DNA of 64,000 nucleotides from an uncultured Carnobacteriaceae bacterium (GTDB lineage Bacteria; Bacillota; Bacilli; Lactobacillales; Carnobacteriaceae_A). The notes under the pieces are model-generated. The model made no database searches. It saw only the letters and a list, made by a program, of their open reading frames with translations, and was not told the origin of the DNA. The translations under genes were made by a program, and so were the position numbers. Of this stretch, positions 27,979 to 38,020 are shown piece after piece (position 1 is the first letter of the stretch; each line of letters starts with the position of its first letter). The DNA lies in NCBI GenBank assembly GCA_964482685.1, contig CAYZZA010000001.1, forward strand, positions 358 through 64,357. The letters run 5' to 3'.

Positions 27979-28996
27979 TCTCTTCGTCCTTTGCTGTTGT
28001 TTTGTCTCTCCATTGGCTCGCTACTTGATTGGCTGTAATGATTGCTGTTTTGTATACATCTTCTTGGTTACAGCCTCTGGATAAATCTGAAATAGGTTTG
28101 TTTAATCCTTGCAAGATAGGGCCTACTGCTTCAAAATTCCCTAAACGTTGAGCAATTTTGTAGCCGATGTTGCCAGATTGCAGTTCTGGAAACACAAAGA
28201 CGGTTGCTTGACCGGCTACGGGTGATTCTTTTGCTTTGCGCTTGGCTACAAAGGCATCAAAAGCGGCATCAAACTGAAGTTCTCCGTCGAATTCATAGTG
28301 AGGCGCCATCTGCTGTGCAAGTCTAGTTGCTTCGACTACTTTATCTACTTCCGCAGAATGACCCGATCCTTTTGTTGAAAAACTAAGCAAAGCCACTTTG
28401 GTTGGAATCCCAAACATATCTGCCGTCTTTGCACTTTCAACTGCGATTTCTGCTAATTGTTGTGCAGTTGGGTTGACGTTGATGGCGCAATCCGCAAAAA
28501 TAAAACGTTCTCCCCGGTCACGCATCATCATAAACGCTCCACTTGCACGTGAGACTCCGGGACGAGTTCGAATGATTTCCAAAGCTGGCCCCACTGTTTC
28601 TTCGGTCGACGTGCGTGCGCCACTTACTAGGGCATCTGCTTCATCCATGTATACAAGCATTGTGCCAAAGTAATGGTCTTCTAGCAACAGATCTTTTGCT
28701 TGTTCTTTGGTTATTTTTCCTTTTCGTCGTTCCAAAAACATCTGCAACATTTTTTCTTTGCGCGGATACTTGGCAGGATTCAAAATAGTCATCCCTGTAA
28801 TATCAAATCGGAATTTTCGTGCTCTTTCTTCAACTTCTGTTTGACGCCCTAACAAAATAGGAACCGCTAAGTCTTCACTTAATAACCGTATGGCTGCAGA
28901 TAAAATCCGTGCATCACGACTTTCTGGAAAAACAATTGTGATTTTTTGTCCCTTAATCTGCTCTTTCAGCTCTTCAAACAGCTCACTTTTCCTCAT
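27950..28996 (-). CDS. pta: Phosphate acetyltransferase
   Basis: Start trimmed to MRKSELFEELK (ATG 28996, SD GAGGAG). PTA_PTB pattern (PESRDARIL, SGNIGYKIAQRL). The 3' end overlaps tsaE by 29 nt. Confidence 0.88.
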   Translation of the reverse strand: MRKSELFEELKEQIKGQKITIVFPESRDARILSAAIRLLSEDLAVPILLGRQTEVEERARKFRFDITGMTILNPAKYPRKEKMLQMFLERRKGKITKEQAKDLLLEDHYFGTMLVYMDEADALVSGARTSTEETVGPALEIIRTRPGVSRASGAFMMMRDRGERFIFADCAINVNPTAQQLAEIAVESAKTADMFGIPTKVALLSFSTKGSGHSAEVDKVVEATRLAQQMAPHYEFDGELQFDAAFDAFVAKRKAKESPVAGQATVFVFPELQSGNIGYKIAQRLGNFEAVGPILQGLNKPISDLSRGCNQEDVYKTAIITANQVASQWRDKTTAKDEENGHDLLQQK

Positions 28997-29115
28997 GCTT
29001 CTTTGCTCCTCTACTGGCTTTTTTCCATTCAAATACAAACAAATACTCATTTTTGTTAGTATACCAGACCAAGCACCAATTGCCGCTTTCATCCCTTTTC
29101 GATAGACAACTTTTT

Positions 29116-29808
29116 TTAAAAGTTTGGTGCATCTCTTTCAGGCAATGCCCAGTCAATTGGGGCGTGCCCCCACTCTTGAAGAAGTGTGTTCGCTGTGGAA
29201 AACGGACGGGAACCAAAAAAGCCACGGTGGGCAGAAAAGGGACTTGGATGAGACGAAGCAATCACTACATGTTTGGTTTCATCAATCCACTTTCTTTTTT
29301 CTTGAGAAGCCTTCCCCCATAAAAAAAAGATCATGGGTTCAGATCGTTCGTTTAAGCGTTTGATCACTTCATCCGTCACTTGTTCCCACCCTCTTCCTTT
29401 GTGGGAGTGAGGGCGCCCTTTTCGCACCGTTAGGACTGTATTTAAGAGAAAGACTCCTTGTTCAGCCCAACTTTTCAAGTATCCGTGAGTCGCAGGCTGA
29501 ATACCCAGATCGGTTTCCAGTTCTTTGTATATGTTCCTTAACGAAGGCGGAATGGATACACCCGGTTTGACAGAAAAACTTAACCCATGTGATTGATTCA
29601 CGCCATGGTACGGATCTTGTCCCAAGATGACGACTTTTACTTTCTCATATGGAGTAAGGTCAAAAGCTGTCCAAATTTCTTCTTGAGCTGGATAAATCGT
29701 CTCCTTTTCATATTCGTTCATTAAGAAAGCAGTCAATTCTTGGTAAGAAAGAGTGTGCTGGACCTCTTTAAGGATTTTCTCCCATGTCGTTCCGCATAAC
29801 TGTTGCAT
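29116..29808 (-). CDS. ung: Uracil-DNA glycosylase
   Basis: 230 aa. Motifs GQDPYHG and SSHPSPFSA. Confidence 0.93.
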   Translation of the reverse strand: MQQLCGTTWEKILKEVQHTLSYQELTAFLMNEYEKETIYPAQEEIWTAFDLTPYEKVKVVILGQDPYHGVNQSHGLSFSVKPGVSIPPSLRNIYKELETDLGIQPATHGYLKSWAEQGVFLLNTVLTVRKGRPHSHKGRGWEQVTDEVIKRLNERSEPMIFFLWGKASQEKRKWIDETKHVVIASSHPSPFSAHRGFFGSRPFSTANTLLQEWGHAPIDWALPERDAPNF

Positions 29809-29946
29809 TGTTTTCTTCCTTTCTCCTTTTTTAGATTGTGTGTATCTTTTGTTTTTTTCACCATTCTAGGTGTATATTCTCTCCTTGTGCATTCTTCCCC
29901 CTTTCCATGATAAGATAAGAAAGAAGAACAAGATAGGAGGATATTC

Positions 29947-30828
29947 ATGATTAAACTAGTCGCATCAGATATGGATGGAACTCTTTTGAACAGCCACATG
30001 CGCATTTCTGAAACAAACAAGAAATCTATCTTACACTTGCAACAAGCAGGCGTCGAGTTTATTGTCGCCACTGGACGAGACTACAATCAAATTAAGCCTC
30101 TTTTGTTGGAACAAGGAATCTCTTGTTCTGTCATCGCGCTAAACGGGGCGACATTTTACAATGAAGCCGGTACCCAGCTTTTCTCTCATGCCTTAGACAT
30201 CTCGGAAGTCAAACAAATGATTCACTTTCTATCGGAGCATAATGTCTTCGTTGAGTTGATGACGTCCAAAGGGATTTTTTCAAACACGAAAGAAAGACGC
30301 CTTGCTGCTTTTGCCTATTATATTCAAGAATTAAAGCCTGGCACAAGTTATAGCGAAGCATTTTCCATATCAGAACGAGAAGCTCGAAACTTGCAGATTC
30401 GTTTTATTGATTCCTATGATGCTCTGCTACAAGACTCTCAAACAGAAGTCTATAAAATATCTGCCTATACCGATCAACATCCGGCTTTTTTACACCCATT
30501 GAAAGAAACACTGCTACAAAGTCACCTGAATCTGTCCATCACCTCTTTTCATGAAAGCAATTTAGAAATCAACCATGTGTATGCTCAAAAAGGGAAGGCT
30601 CTTTCGGAGTACGCAGAAAAAAGAGGGCTCTCTGCTCAGCAAGTCATGGCAATTGGCGACAATAACAATGACATCTCGATGCTACAGTGGGCAACACATA
30701 GCGTGGCCATGATGAATGCTAGTCCTGCCATTAAAGAAATGGCCTCTCATGTCACTACGTCCAATGATCAAAACGGAGTCGCAGAAGCGATTGACCGTCT
30801 CATTCTCAATGCAAAAAAGACTCTTTAA
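29947..30828 (+). CDS. Cof-type HAD-IIB phosphatase
   Basis: 293 aa. Motif I DMDGTLL and motif IV GDNNNDISM. SD AGGAGG. Confidence 0.85.
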   Translation: MIKLVASDMDGTLLNSHMRISETNKKSILHLQQAGVEFIVATGRDYNQIKPLLLEQGISCSVIALNGATFYNEAGTQLFSHALDISEVKQMIHFLSEHNVFVELMTSKGIFSNTKERRLAAFAYYIQELKPGTSYSEAFSISEREARNLQIRFIDSYDALLQDSQTEVYKISAYTDQHPAFLHPLKETLLQSHLNLSITSFHESNLEINHVYAQKGKALSEYAEKRGLSAQQVMAIGDNNNDISMLQWATHSVAMMNASPAIKEMASHVTTSNDQNGVAEAIDRLILNAKKTL

Positions 30829-30905
30829 TATTTTCTAAAAATAGATTAAACTAAACAAGATCGATTGCTCTATGATTTACAACTCGTTTGTAGGAGGAAA
30901 AAAAC

Positions 30906-31742
30906 ATGACAACTATACCCCCAATTACTTTAACTATTGCAGGAAACGACGCAAGCGGAGGTGCTGGGATTGCGGCGGATTTAAAAACATTCGCCGAATT
31001 TGGCACGTACGGTATTGCCGCTTTAACGACTATCGCCACAATGGACCCAGACAACAAATGGAGCCATGGGGTTACAGCAATTGACGCTGAAATCGTCCGT
31101 ACACAACTCAAAACAGCTACTGCAGGTCCTAAAATTGCGGCTTTAAAAACAGGAATGCTCCCTAATGTAGAGGTCATCCAAGTCATTGCCGATGCTATCA
31201 AGGAACATGACCTAACCAACATTGTTATTGATCCAGTAATGGTGTGTAAAGGTGCAGATGAGGTTTTAAACCCTGAAAATGCACACGCACTCCGTGATAT
31301 TTTGACTCCTTTAGCCACTGTATCCACACCAAACTTATTTGAAGCAGGACAATTGTCTGGGTTAGGTCACCTTTCCACTTTAGAAGACATGAAAAAAGCT
31401 GCTGAAATCATTCATCAATCTGGTGCACAAAACGTTGTCGTCAAAGGTGGACGTGCACTGGAAGGAGATAAAGCGATTGACTTGTTTTACGATGGCACAG
31501 AGTTTACTGTGCTTGAAACAGATAAAGTCTTGCCTGCTACCAATCATGGTGCTGGATGCACATTTGCTGCTGCCATCACCGCAGGCCTTGCGCATGGGTT
31601 GACACCAAAAGAGGCTGTTTTTATGGCGAAAGATTTTGTGACAGCGGCTATCCAGGGCGGATTCGTCTTTAATGAGTGGGCTGGACCTGTCTTCCACAGT
31701 GCCTACCGCCTAGACAAACAAACAAGTATTCTAGACAACTAA
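30906..31742 (+). CDS. pdxK: Pyridoxal/pyridoxine/pyridoxamine kinase (ThiD family)
   Basis: 278 aa. Motifs AGNDASGGAGIAADLKTF, DPVMVCKG, HGAGCTF. Close in pattern to Bacillus PdxK. Confidence 0.75.
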   Translation: MTTIPPITLTIAGNDASGGAGIAADLKTFAEFGTYGIAALTTIATMDPDNKWSHGVTAIDAEIVRTQLKTATAGPKIAALKTGMLPNVEVIQVIADAIKEHDLTNIVIDPVMVCKGADEVLNPENAHALRDILTPLATVSTPNLFEAGQLSGLGHLSTLEDMKKAAEIIHQSGAQNVVVKGGRALEGDKAIDLFYDGTEFTVLETDKVLPATNHGAGCTFAAAITAGLAHGLTPKEAVFMAKDFVTAAIQGGFVFNEWAGPVFHSAYRLDKQTSILDN

Positions 31743-31965
31743 ACGGTCACTATTTTCATTCGGAGGGACAAAAGGCAAGAGAACGCAGCGAAGCGTCGCA
31801 CATGTGAATGACAAACTCGCTTTGCTCATCCTAAATTGGCTTACCCCAAATGGCTACTCGTTTTTTATACCGCTGTTTCTGCTGCAAAAAACAACAATCA
31901 ACAATGGCGGACAACTTATCCAAAAAGGTCTAAGACATGAACCTATGTACTTCAGTCAATATATG

Positions 31966-32005
31966 AAAAATCCTCTCCAGGCAAATGTCTGGAGAGGATT
32001 TTTTC
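31966..32005 (+). terminator. Rho-independent terminator
   Basis: 11-bp stem ATCCTCTCCAG / CTGGAGAGGAT followed by T6. It lies about 220 nt after the pdxK stop. Confidence 0.8.
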
Positions 32006-32130
32006 ACTTTTTTTATAAAGATCCCAAAAGTTTTTTTCTACTTCATCTATTTTTTGGTATACTAAAGACGTTAAGAGCTACAGAACCTGTTCGATAAAGA
32101 AAAAGCTTCATCTAAACAGAGGTGGTAAAA

Positions 32131-32688
32131 ATGGGTCAGCTTTTTATGGAACAAAAATTTGTCTCGATGCAAAATCGCATTATTGTAAAGAACAAATACG
32201 GAGAAGATGTGTATTTAATTGTTGGAAAATGGGGACGCCTAGGCGATGCTTTATCCCTATACAACATGAGCGGAAACTTACTTGTGGAAGCCAAACAAAC
32301 CCTTTTGTCTCTTTTTCCTACTTTTGATTTGTACGTTGAAAGGGAGAAAATTGGAACGCTCGTCAAATATCCCGGTTTTAAGCAACCGTATTATCGCATA
32401 AAAAAACTCAACTGGCTTGTAACAGGAGACTTTTTAGCTCAAACATACAAGGTTCGCAGAAAATCAAAGACTATCATGACTTTTGATAAAACAAGTTCCC
32501 CTACAGGAGATTTTTATTCATTAGATATCTCGGAAAAAAAGGATGCTCCTTTGTGCTGTGTGTTGGCTGTTGTCGTCAATCATTATTCCGCTAACAGAAA
32601 AAAAGGATTGCGTGCATTTCGACTGGACGCACACGAATTAGACTTTCAACACCCCCTTCTTGGTTGCTCAGTCCCAGACAAAGACTAG
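32131..32688 (+). CDS. YxjI / LURP-one-related (tubby C-terminal-like) family protein
   Basis: ATG 32131 (SD GAGGTGG). Pattern resembles Bacillus YxjI: K.FS....I.VKN..GEDVY.I.G..., FP.F.LYV...K. Confidence 0.5.
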   Translation: MGQLFMEQKFVSMQNRIIVKNKYGEDVYLIVGKWGRLGDALSLYNMSGNLLVEAKQTLLSLFPTFDLYVEREKIGTLVKYPGFKQPYYRIKKLNWLVTGDFLAQTYKVRRKSKTIMTFDKTSSPTGDFYSLDISEKKDAPLCCVLAVVVNHYSANRKKGLRAFRLDAHELDFQHPLLGCSVPDKD

Positions 32689-32785
32689 CTTATTCTTTTT
32701 AAAACTGATTTTTTTGACAAGATACAGATCGTTCCGTTAGAAAAGAAATGAGAAACCCGACAGATCATGAAAATCTGCATACAAC

Positions 32786-32825
32786 AAAAAGCTGAGAAAC
32801 CTTTTGAGGATTTCTCAGCTTTTTT
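32786..32825. terminator. Bidirectional terminator overlapping the uvrC stop
   Basis: AGCTGAGAAA / TTTCTCAGCT flanked by A5 and T5. Confidence 0.75.
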
Positions 32826-34614
32826 GAGTAGGAAGGGCTGTCTCTTTTAGCTCTTCCAAAATATTTTTCGCAGTTGTCTTGGGGATTCCTAACGCTTCTA
32901 TTTCTTCTACGGTAGCTTCGGTCAAACGTTTGACTGACTTAAAGTGTCTCAGCACTTTGGTTCGTGTCTTTGGTCCAACACCTTTAATTGTGTCCAATCG
33001 AGACGCTACACTCGTTTTGCTTCTAACTTTTCGATGAAATGTAATCGCAAAGCGGTGGACTTCTTCTTGTATCCGCTGGATCAAGTAGAATGCATGACTT
33101 CTTGGTTCTAGCTCCACTTCTTCTAACCCTTCCCCAAAAATCAACGCTGCCGTTCGATGTTTCTCGTCTTTAACCATCCCAGCAACAGGAATAGACAACC
33201 CAAGCTCATCTTGCAAGACTTCTTGTGCTGCATGAACTTGAATTTTTCCACCGTCCATTAAAATTAAGTCTGGAAGTGCCCTGCCTTCTTGCAGCAAGCG
33301 CCCGTAACGTCTCCGGATAACTTCTTGGGTGGTTGCGAACTCGTTGCTCCCGACTACTTCTTTAATGTGGTATTTTCTATACTGGGTTTTATCCGGTTTT
33401 CCATCTAAAAAACTGACCATAGCCGATACTGGACTTGTCCCTTGAATATTGGAATGGTCAAAAGCCTCAATTCGCTCCAAATAAGGAAGGCCCATGGCCT
33501 CAGACAACTCTTCGATTGCACCAATTGTCTTTTGTTCGTTCATTTCCAACAAACGAAACTTCTCGGTTAATGTTAGTCTACTATTGGTCCCAGCCATATC
33601 TAAAAGTTTCTTTTTGTTTCCACGTTTAGGAACGCGCACATTCACGTCCAAAATCTCAGTTAAATCGTTTGTTTCCACCCCTTCAGGCACGAGAATTTCT
33701 TTTGGTTTGATAATGTTGGGGTCCTCATAGAACTGGATTATATACGTTGCAAGTTCTTCTTCCGCTGTATCGTGACACGGAAATATCGTAACCTCTCGTT
33801 GAATCAAGGTGGCTTGTCTCACGAAAAAGACTTGAATGGAAATCCAGCCCTTGTCCATATAAAAATTAAATACATCACGCGGCGTAAAATCATTGGAGAT
33901 AATGTTTTGTTTTTCAACAGTTTGTTCAATATACGAAATTTGATTTCGATATTCTGCAGCTCGCTCGTACTCCATGACCTCCGCTGCTTTTAACATTTTT
34001 TCTTTTAAATCTTGTTTCACATCTTGTACATTTCCATTTAAAAAACGTGTGATTTTTGCAATTTGCTCGTTGTATTCTTCTTTTGTGACTTCGTGGTCAC
34101 AAGGTCCAATGCATTGCCCCATGTGGTAATACAAACACGCCCGTGTCTGATTGCTGCTACACCGACGTAAGGGGAAAATCTTTTGAACCATTTGCTTGGT
34201 TTCTGTTGCAGCATAAACGTTTGGGTAGGGTCCAAAGTATCGGCCACCATCTTTTTTCACCTCAGACGCAACCACCAAACGCGGATCTTTTTCGTTTGTA
34301 ATTTTTAAATATGGATAACTCGTTCCTCTTTTAAGTTTGATGTTGTATTTAGGCTGGTGTTTTTTGATTAATGTAATTTCAAGCAATAGCGCTTCTTTAT
34401 CTGTTCCGGTAATAATGGTTTCAAAATCGACAATGTCGTTGACTAACCGTTTTGTTTTTCCTTCGTGTGTTCCGCGAAAGTATGAACGGACACGGTTTTT
34501 CAAATTTTTGGCTTTTCCAATATAAATAATGTCTGCATGCCGATTTTTCATGATGTAGCATCCTGGGAGTTCAGGCACTAACGTTAGTTTTTGTTCCAAA
34601 TACTCGCTCGCCAT
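32815..34614 (-). CDS. uvrC: Excinuclease ABC subunit C
   Basis: Start trimmed to MASEYLEQKL (ATG 34614, SD AAGGAG). GIY-YIG motif (PGCYIMKN...IIYIGKAKNL). C-terminal HhH region. Confidence 0.93.
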   Translation of the reverse strand: MASEYLEQKLTLVPELPGCYIMKNRHADIIYIGKAKNLKNRVRSYFRGTHEGKTKRLVNDIVDFETIITGTDKEALLLEITLIKKHQPKYNIKLKRGTSYPYLKITNEKDPRLVVASEVKKDGGRYFGPYPNVYAATETKQMVQKIFPLRRCSSNQTRACLYYHMGQCIGPCDHEVTKEEYNEQIAKITRFLNGNVQDVKQDLKEKMLKAAEVMEYERAAEYRNQISYIEQTVEKQNIISNDFTPRDVFNFYMDKGWISIQVFFVRQATLIQREVTIFPCHDTAEEELATYIIQFYEDPNIIKPKEILVPEGVETNDLTEILDVNVRVPKRGNKKKLLDMAGTNSRLTLTEKFRLLEMNEQKTIGAIEELSEAMGLPYLERIEAFDHSNIQGTSPVSAMVSFLDGKPDKTQYRKYHIKEVVGSNEFATTQEVIRRRYGRLLQEGRALPDLILMDGGKIQVHAAQEVLQDELGLSIPVAGMVKDEKHRTAALIFGEGLEEVELEPRSHAFYLIQRIQEEVHRFAITFHRKVRSKTSVASRLDTIKGVGPKTRTKVLRHFKSVKRLTEATVEEIEALGIPKTTAKNILEELKETALPTQKS

Positions 34615-34645
34615 GGCGCCACTCCTTTTATAGACTTTTGATCTG

Positions 34646-34900
34646 TTATTCTTGTGAAAAAAGGTACATTCCATATGCTTCGTTGAAATCTGACTTTCCT
34701 ACCAAAATATCTTCATAGACGTAAGGCTTGCCTAGTGTATGAGTGCCTTCTGTGACTTGTTGGTGAATATCTGCAGCCATCTGTGCAAACAATGTTTCTA
34801 CTTGCTCATCCGTAAGCTCTCCATATTGATTTTCATATGCTTGTAAAAACGCTTCTTCTTCGCTCTCTTTATAAAATTCAATCTCGAATTGGTTCTCCAT
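34646..34900 (-). CDS. Small acidic hypothetical protein
   Basis: 84-aa ORF immediately upstream of uvrC. No recognised motif. Confidence 0.45.
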   Translation of the reverse strand: MENQFEIEFYKESEEEAFLQAYENQYGELTDEQVETLFAQMAADIHQQVTEGTHTLGKPYVYEDILVGKSDFNEAYGMYLFSQE

Positions 34901-34994
34901 GTAGATACACCCTTTCTTATACTTCTTACCTTCTATTATACCAGAAAATAAAAAAAGGACTTAAAAGCAAAGTGCGCTTCAAGACCTTTTCCGA

Positions 34995-36116
34995 TTAATT
35001 TAAAACTTTAATTGTTACTTTTCTACGTCCCCAACTAAGTGCTTGGCCAACAGTAGTAAAGTGGATGTCAATAATGTTTCCTTTGATGGCACCACCAGTA
35101 TCTCCTGCAATGTAAATCCCAAATCCAGGAATTTCAACCATAGATCCTAATGGAATCACACGTGGATCTACTGCAATCACGCGTGGGTTTACACGAAGGT
35201 CGATACCCGTTGCGGTGTGCGTGCTTAACCCTGGTTGTTTTGTGGAATAGCCTGTTGCTGTGACAGTCAGTGTTCTCCCACTGCTTGCTTGAGGTGCGGG
35301 CTCTTCTGCTTCTTCCTTAGGTGCAGCTGCTTTTACCGAAGTAGCAGATGCTACTTTTGACTTGACAGAAGCGACTGCTTTAGTTGTTGCCACTGTTGTT
35401 TCTGCAGCAGCTTTGGCTTTGGCTTTGGCTTTGGCTTTGGCTTTAGCCTTTTCTTGTTCTTGAGCAAGACGTGTTTCTTCTGCTTGTCTTTTTTTATTCA
35501 ACTCAGCCAATGTTGCTTGGTTTTCGTTAATAGTCTGTTGTAAAGCAGCTACTTTTTCATCTAATTCAGTTTTTTGTGCCGCTACTTCTTTGTTTTTTTC
35601 AATTAAAATATTTTTTTCTGTGGTTAGTTTTGTTTCAAGTTCAGTTAGTTTTTCTTGCTCTTCAACCGCATAATCGAGTTGCTCGTTTGATGCTTCTTGA
35701 AGAGTAACCAAAACATAAGCACGGTGGAAAAAATCCGTCATACTTTCTGCTTCTAAAAGAGCGGCAATCATTGTTTGGTTCATTTCTGTTTTCTGAATGG
35801 ACAAAAGACGATCTTTTGCTTGTTCTAACCTTTCAGAGACAATCTGTTCTTGCTCATCTCTTTCCACTTCTGTCTCAGAGATTTCAATTTCTTTTTCACT
35901 GATGTCTCCTTCAAGTTTTACGACTGCATCATTGATTCTATTTACATCCGCCAATGCTGCGCTTACTTGAGTATTTAATTGATTTAATTTCGTTTGTGTC
36001 TCTTGTTGTTCATTTTGAATATCTTGTAAGGTACTTGCTGTTGCGACAGGTCCTTGCACTCCAAGGAATAACAGAACCCCAACAAACATACCACGTACTA
36101 AGTTACTTTTTTTCAT
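34995..36116 (-). CDS. Secreted coiled-coil protein with a C-terminal 3D (MltA-like) domain
   Basis: Start trimmed to MKKSNLV (ATG 36116). Signal peptide, a long Q/E/K-rich coiled coil, a (KA)7 linker, then the 3D domain: ATGYST...TATG...IAVDP.VIPLGS...GDTGGAIKGN.IDI. Confidence 0.8.
   Translation of the reverse strand: MKKSNLVRGMFVGVLLFLGVQGPVATASTLQDIQNEQQETQTKLNQLNTQVSAALADVNRINDAVVKLEGDISEKEIEISETEVERDEQEQIVSERLEQAKDRLLSIQKTEMNQTMIAALLEAESMTDFFHRAYVLVTLQEASNEQLDYAVEEQEKLTELETKLTTEKNILIEKNKEVAAQKTELDEKVAALQQTINENQATLAELNKKRQAEETRLAQEQEKAKAKAKAKAKAKAAAETTVATTKAVASVKSKVASATSVKAAAPKEEAEEPAPQASSGRTLTVTATGYSTKQPGLSTHTATGIDLRVNPRVIAVDPRVIPLGSMVEIPGFGIYIAGDTGGAIKGNIIDIHFTTVGQALSWGRRKVTIKVLN
35410..35451. 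repeat. Hexanucleotide microsatellite (GCTTTG)n encoding (KA)7
   Basis: gctttg x5, then gcttta and gccttt. Lies in-frame inside the 3D-domain gene. Confidence 0.85.
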
Positions 36117-36282
36117 CCAGAACATCCTTTCGTCATACGCACAGAACATTTTATTCGTTCACTCGTATTTACTAGTATACAGATACCATCCAAGATGTTC
36201 GTGTCCTTTTCTTTACGGTTTGTTACAATGTAGGAGCTAGGGACATCAAACTGTTACATTTGTCACAATAAGGAGGAAAAAA

Positions 36283-36762
36283 ATGAATATTTATTTTGCT
36301 AGCCCACTTTTTTCACATATGGAATGTCGCTACAACGCATACGTGGTAGAACAAATAAGGCAAACCTATCCACAGGTCTCCGTCTATTTGCCTCAGGAGC
36401 AAATTGCCATCAATGATAAGGAAGCCTACGCAGATTCGACTTTTATTGCTAAGTACGATACCGATGCTCTACTTAATTCTCAATTGCTGATAGCTGTGCT
36501 AGACGGAGCGACGATTGATGCTGGTGTGGCTACTGAAATTGGAGTTGCCTACCAAGCCGGTATCCCTATCTTAGGTTTATACACCGATTCCCGACAACAA
36601 GGAGCCACTAACCCTGAGAAACTAGCCGCATTGAAGGAAATTGCAGAATCCCAATTTTCATATGTCAATTTATACACCGTTGGCATCGTTAAGTTAAACG
36701 GTGAAGTACTTGATAGCGAAGCCGCATTAATTGAAAAAATAAAGACGTATCTCCACGAATAA
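36283..36762 (+). CDS. ntd: Nucleoside 2-deoxyribosyltransferase
   Basis: 159 aa. Motifs IYFASPLFS, RYNAYVVEQIR, DAGVATEIGVAY. Confidence 0.82.
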   Translation: MNIYFASPLFSHMECRYNAYVVEQIRQTYPQVSVYLPQEQIAINDKEAYADSTFIAKYDTDALLNSQLLIAVLDGATIDAGVATEIGVAYQAGIPILGLYTDSRQQGATNPEKLAALKEIAESQFSYVNLYTVGIVKLNGEVLDSEAALIEKIKTYLHE

Positions 36763-36766
36763 AAAA

Positions 36767-36822
36767 CGTCCAGACCAAGAAAGCTTTTGTCAAAAGGCTG
36801 TCTTGTACTCTGGACGATTTTT
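36767..36822. terminator. Long hairpin terminator between ntd and the pseudogene
   Basis: Outer stem CGTCCAGA / TCTGGACG with an inner imperfect stem. Flanked by A6 and T5. Confidence 0.7.
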
Positions 36823-36914
36823 GTTTTTTATTTTTTCTTCTTACTTACTTTCCTCTTATTCTTTGCTTCTTATTTCTAGAGTGTGGTTTAGTCTTTTTGA
36901 CTCTAGAAATAAAG

Positions 36915-37858
36915 TTAATACCCCTTGCTTAAATCCACTTGATTCACCACAAGGTCTCGGTCTGCCACATAAGAGACAAGGTTGGTATGAAAGATAGAAA
37001 AGCAGCTTGCCCCATAATCATTTAGCTGTCCCGCGATGTGTGGTGTGACTAACACATTCTCCATCTCCCATAATGGACTTGTTGCTGGTAGTGGTTCTTC
37101 CTCAAACACATCCAACCCAGCGTAGGCGAGCTCCCCTGCTTGTAGAGCCTTTATTAAATCATTTGTATTAACCGAAGCGCCTCTTTTTTCATTTTTTTGA
37201 AAAAAGCCCTGTCGTATACATGGTCTGTTTTTTCTGTGTGTGGCAAAATATTGACAATCACATCTGCTTTTGATACTTGTGTAGCATATTCATTTTGCGT
37301 ATACAACTCATCAATGTTAGGCAATTTTCCGCCACTGCGATTGATGCCGATGGTCTGCATGCCAAAAGCTTTGGCAAGACGCGCCACTTCTTTTCCGATA
37401 TGGCCAACCCCCGCAATCAACATTGTTTGCCCTTTTAATTCTGTCAGGCGGGTCAATGTACCCCATTCTTTCTTCTTTTGATGGTTGACTGAAAAAAGAA
37501 GTCCTCTTGTTTTGTATAAAATCATACCAAAAACAGACTCTGCGATCGCAACGCTGTGAATGCCACTGACATTTGTGACACGCACGCGCTGTTCCTCCAA
37601 TAGAGAGACTGGCAAGTAATCAATCCCTGCTGAAGCTGTTTGAATCCATTTAACCTGATTGGTTTGTTTTATAAGGTTAGTCAGGGTAGAATCCCACCCG
37701 TATATAATCTCGATTTTAGAGGAAGAAAGCGTCTCTAGAGAATGTCCTTCTTTAAATGAAAGGATTTCATAGTCAGGAGCAGCTTGTTTGATTGCCTGTT
37801 TTTGCTCTGGAGTTGTTGCTTCTACAAGCAACAGTGTTTTTTTTGACATGTTATTCAC
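36915..37858 (-). pseudogene. D-isomer-specific 2-hydroxyacid dehydrogenase, disrupted (frameshift plus internal deletion)
   Basis: The N-terminal ORF (37154-37858) carries GVGHIGKEVARLAK. The C-terminal ORF (36915-37115) carries DVFEEEPLP...VLVTPHIAG in another frame. The frames join at atgaaaaaaGAggcgct (about 37181-37184). The segment that should carry the catalytic Arg (RG motif) is missing. Confidence 0.7.
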
Positions 37859-38020
37859 TCTTCTTTCTCAATTTTTCTTCTTCTCTATAGTTTTGCAGAA
37901 CAGACTGGTTCTAGCAAATAAGATCTCTTTTCATTCTTGTTTTTTCTTTTGATGCTCGCTATTCTCGCATGTCGGTATTTCCGTTATACTAGAGACACAA
38001 TAGATTCTTACTATGGAAGG

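Noticed and set aside
30851-31327. Long antisense or alternative-frame ORFs: 30851-31327, 51708-52259, 14442-14885, 39144-39581, 62715-63125 and many of 60-110 aa
   Set aside because: Each lies fully inside a well-supported conserved gene on the other strand or frame. They have no SD and low-complexity or odd composition, as expected for shadow ORFs.
31743-31965. 97-aa ORF (31804-32097) and a possible gene in the 220 nt between the pdxK stop and its terminator
   Set aside because: The ORF has a GTG start without an SD and runs through the terminator. A 32-aa minus-strand ORF also lacks an SD. The region is treated as a long 3' UTR.
36117-36282. WalR operator (TGTWAH-N5-TGTWAH) upstream of the 3D-domain gene
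   Set aside because: TGTTAC-att-TGTCAC and TGTAAC-N7-TGTCCC are present, but their spacing does not fit the 5-nt rule. The same negative result applies to the LysM-3D upstream region.
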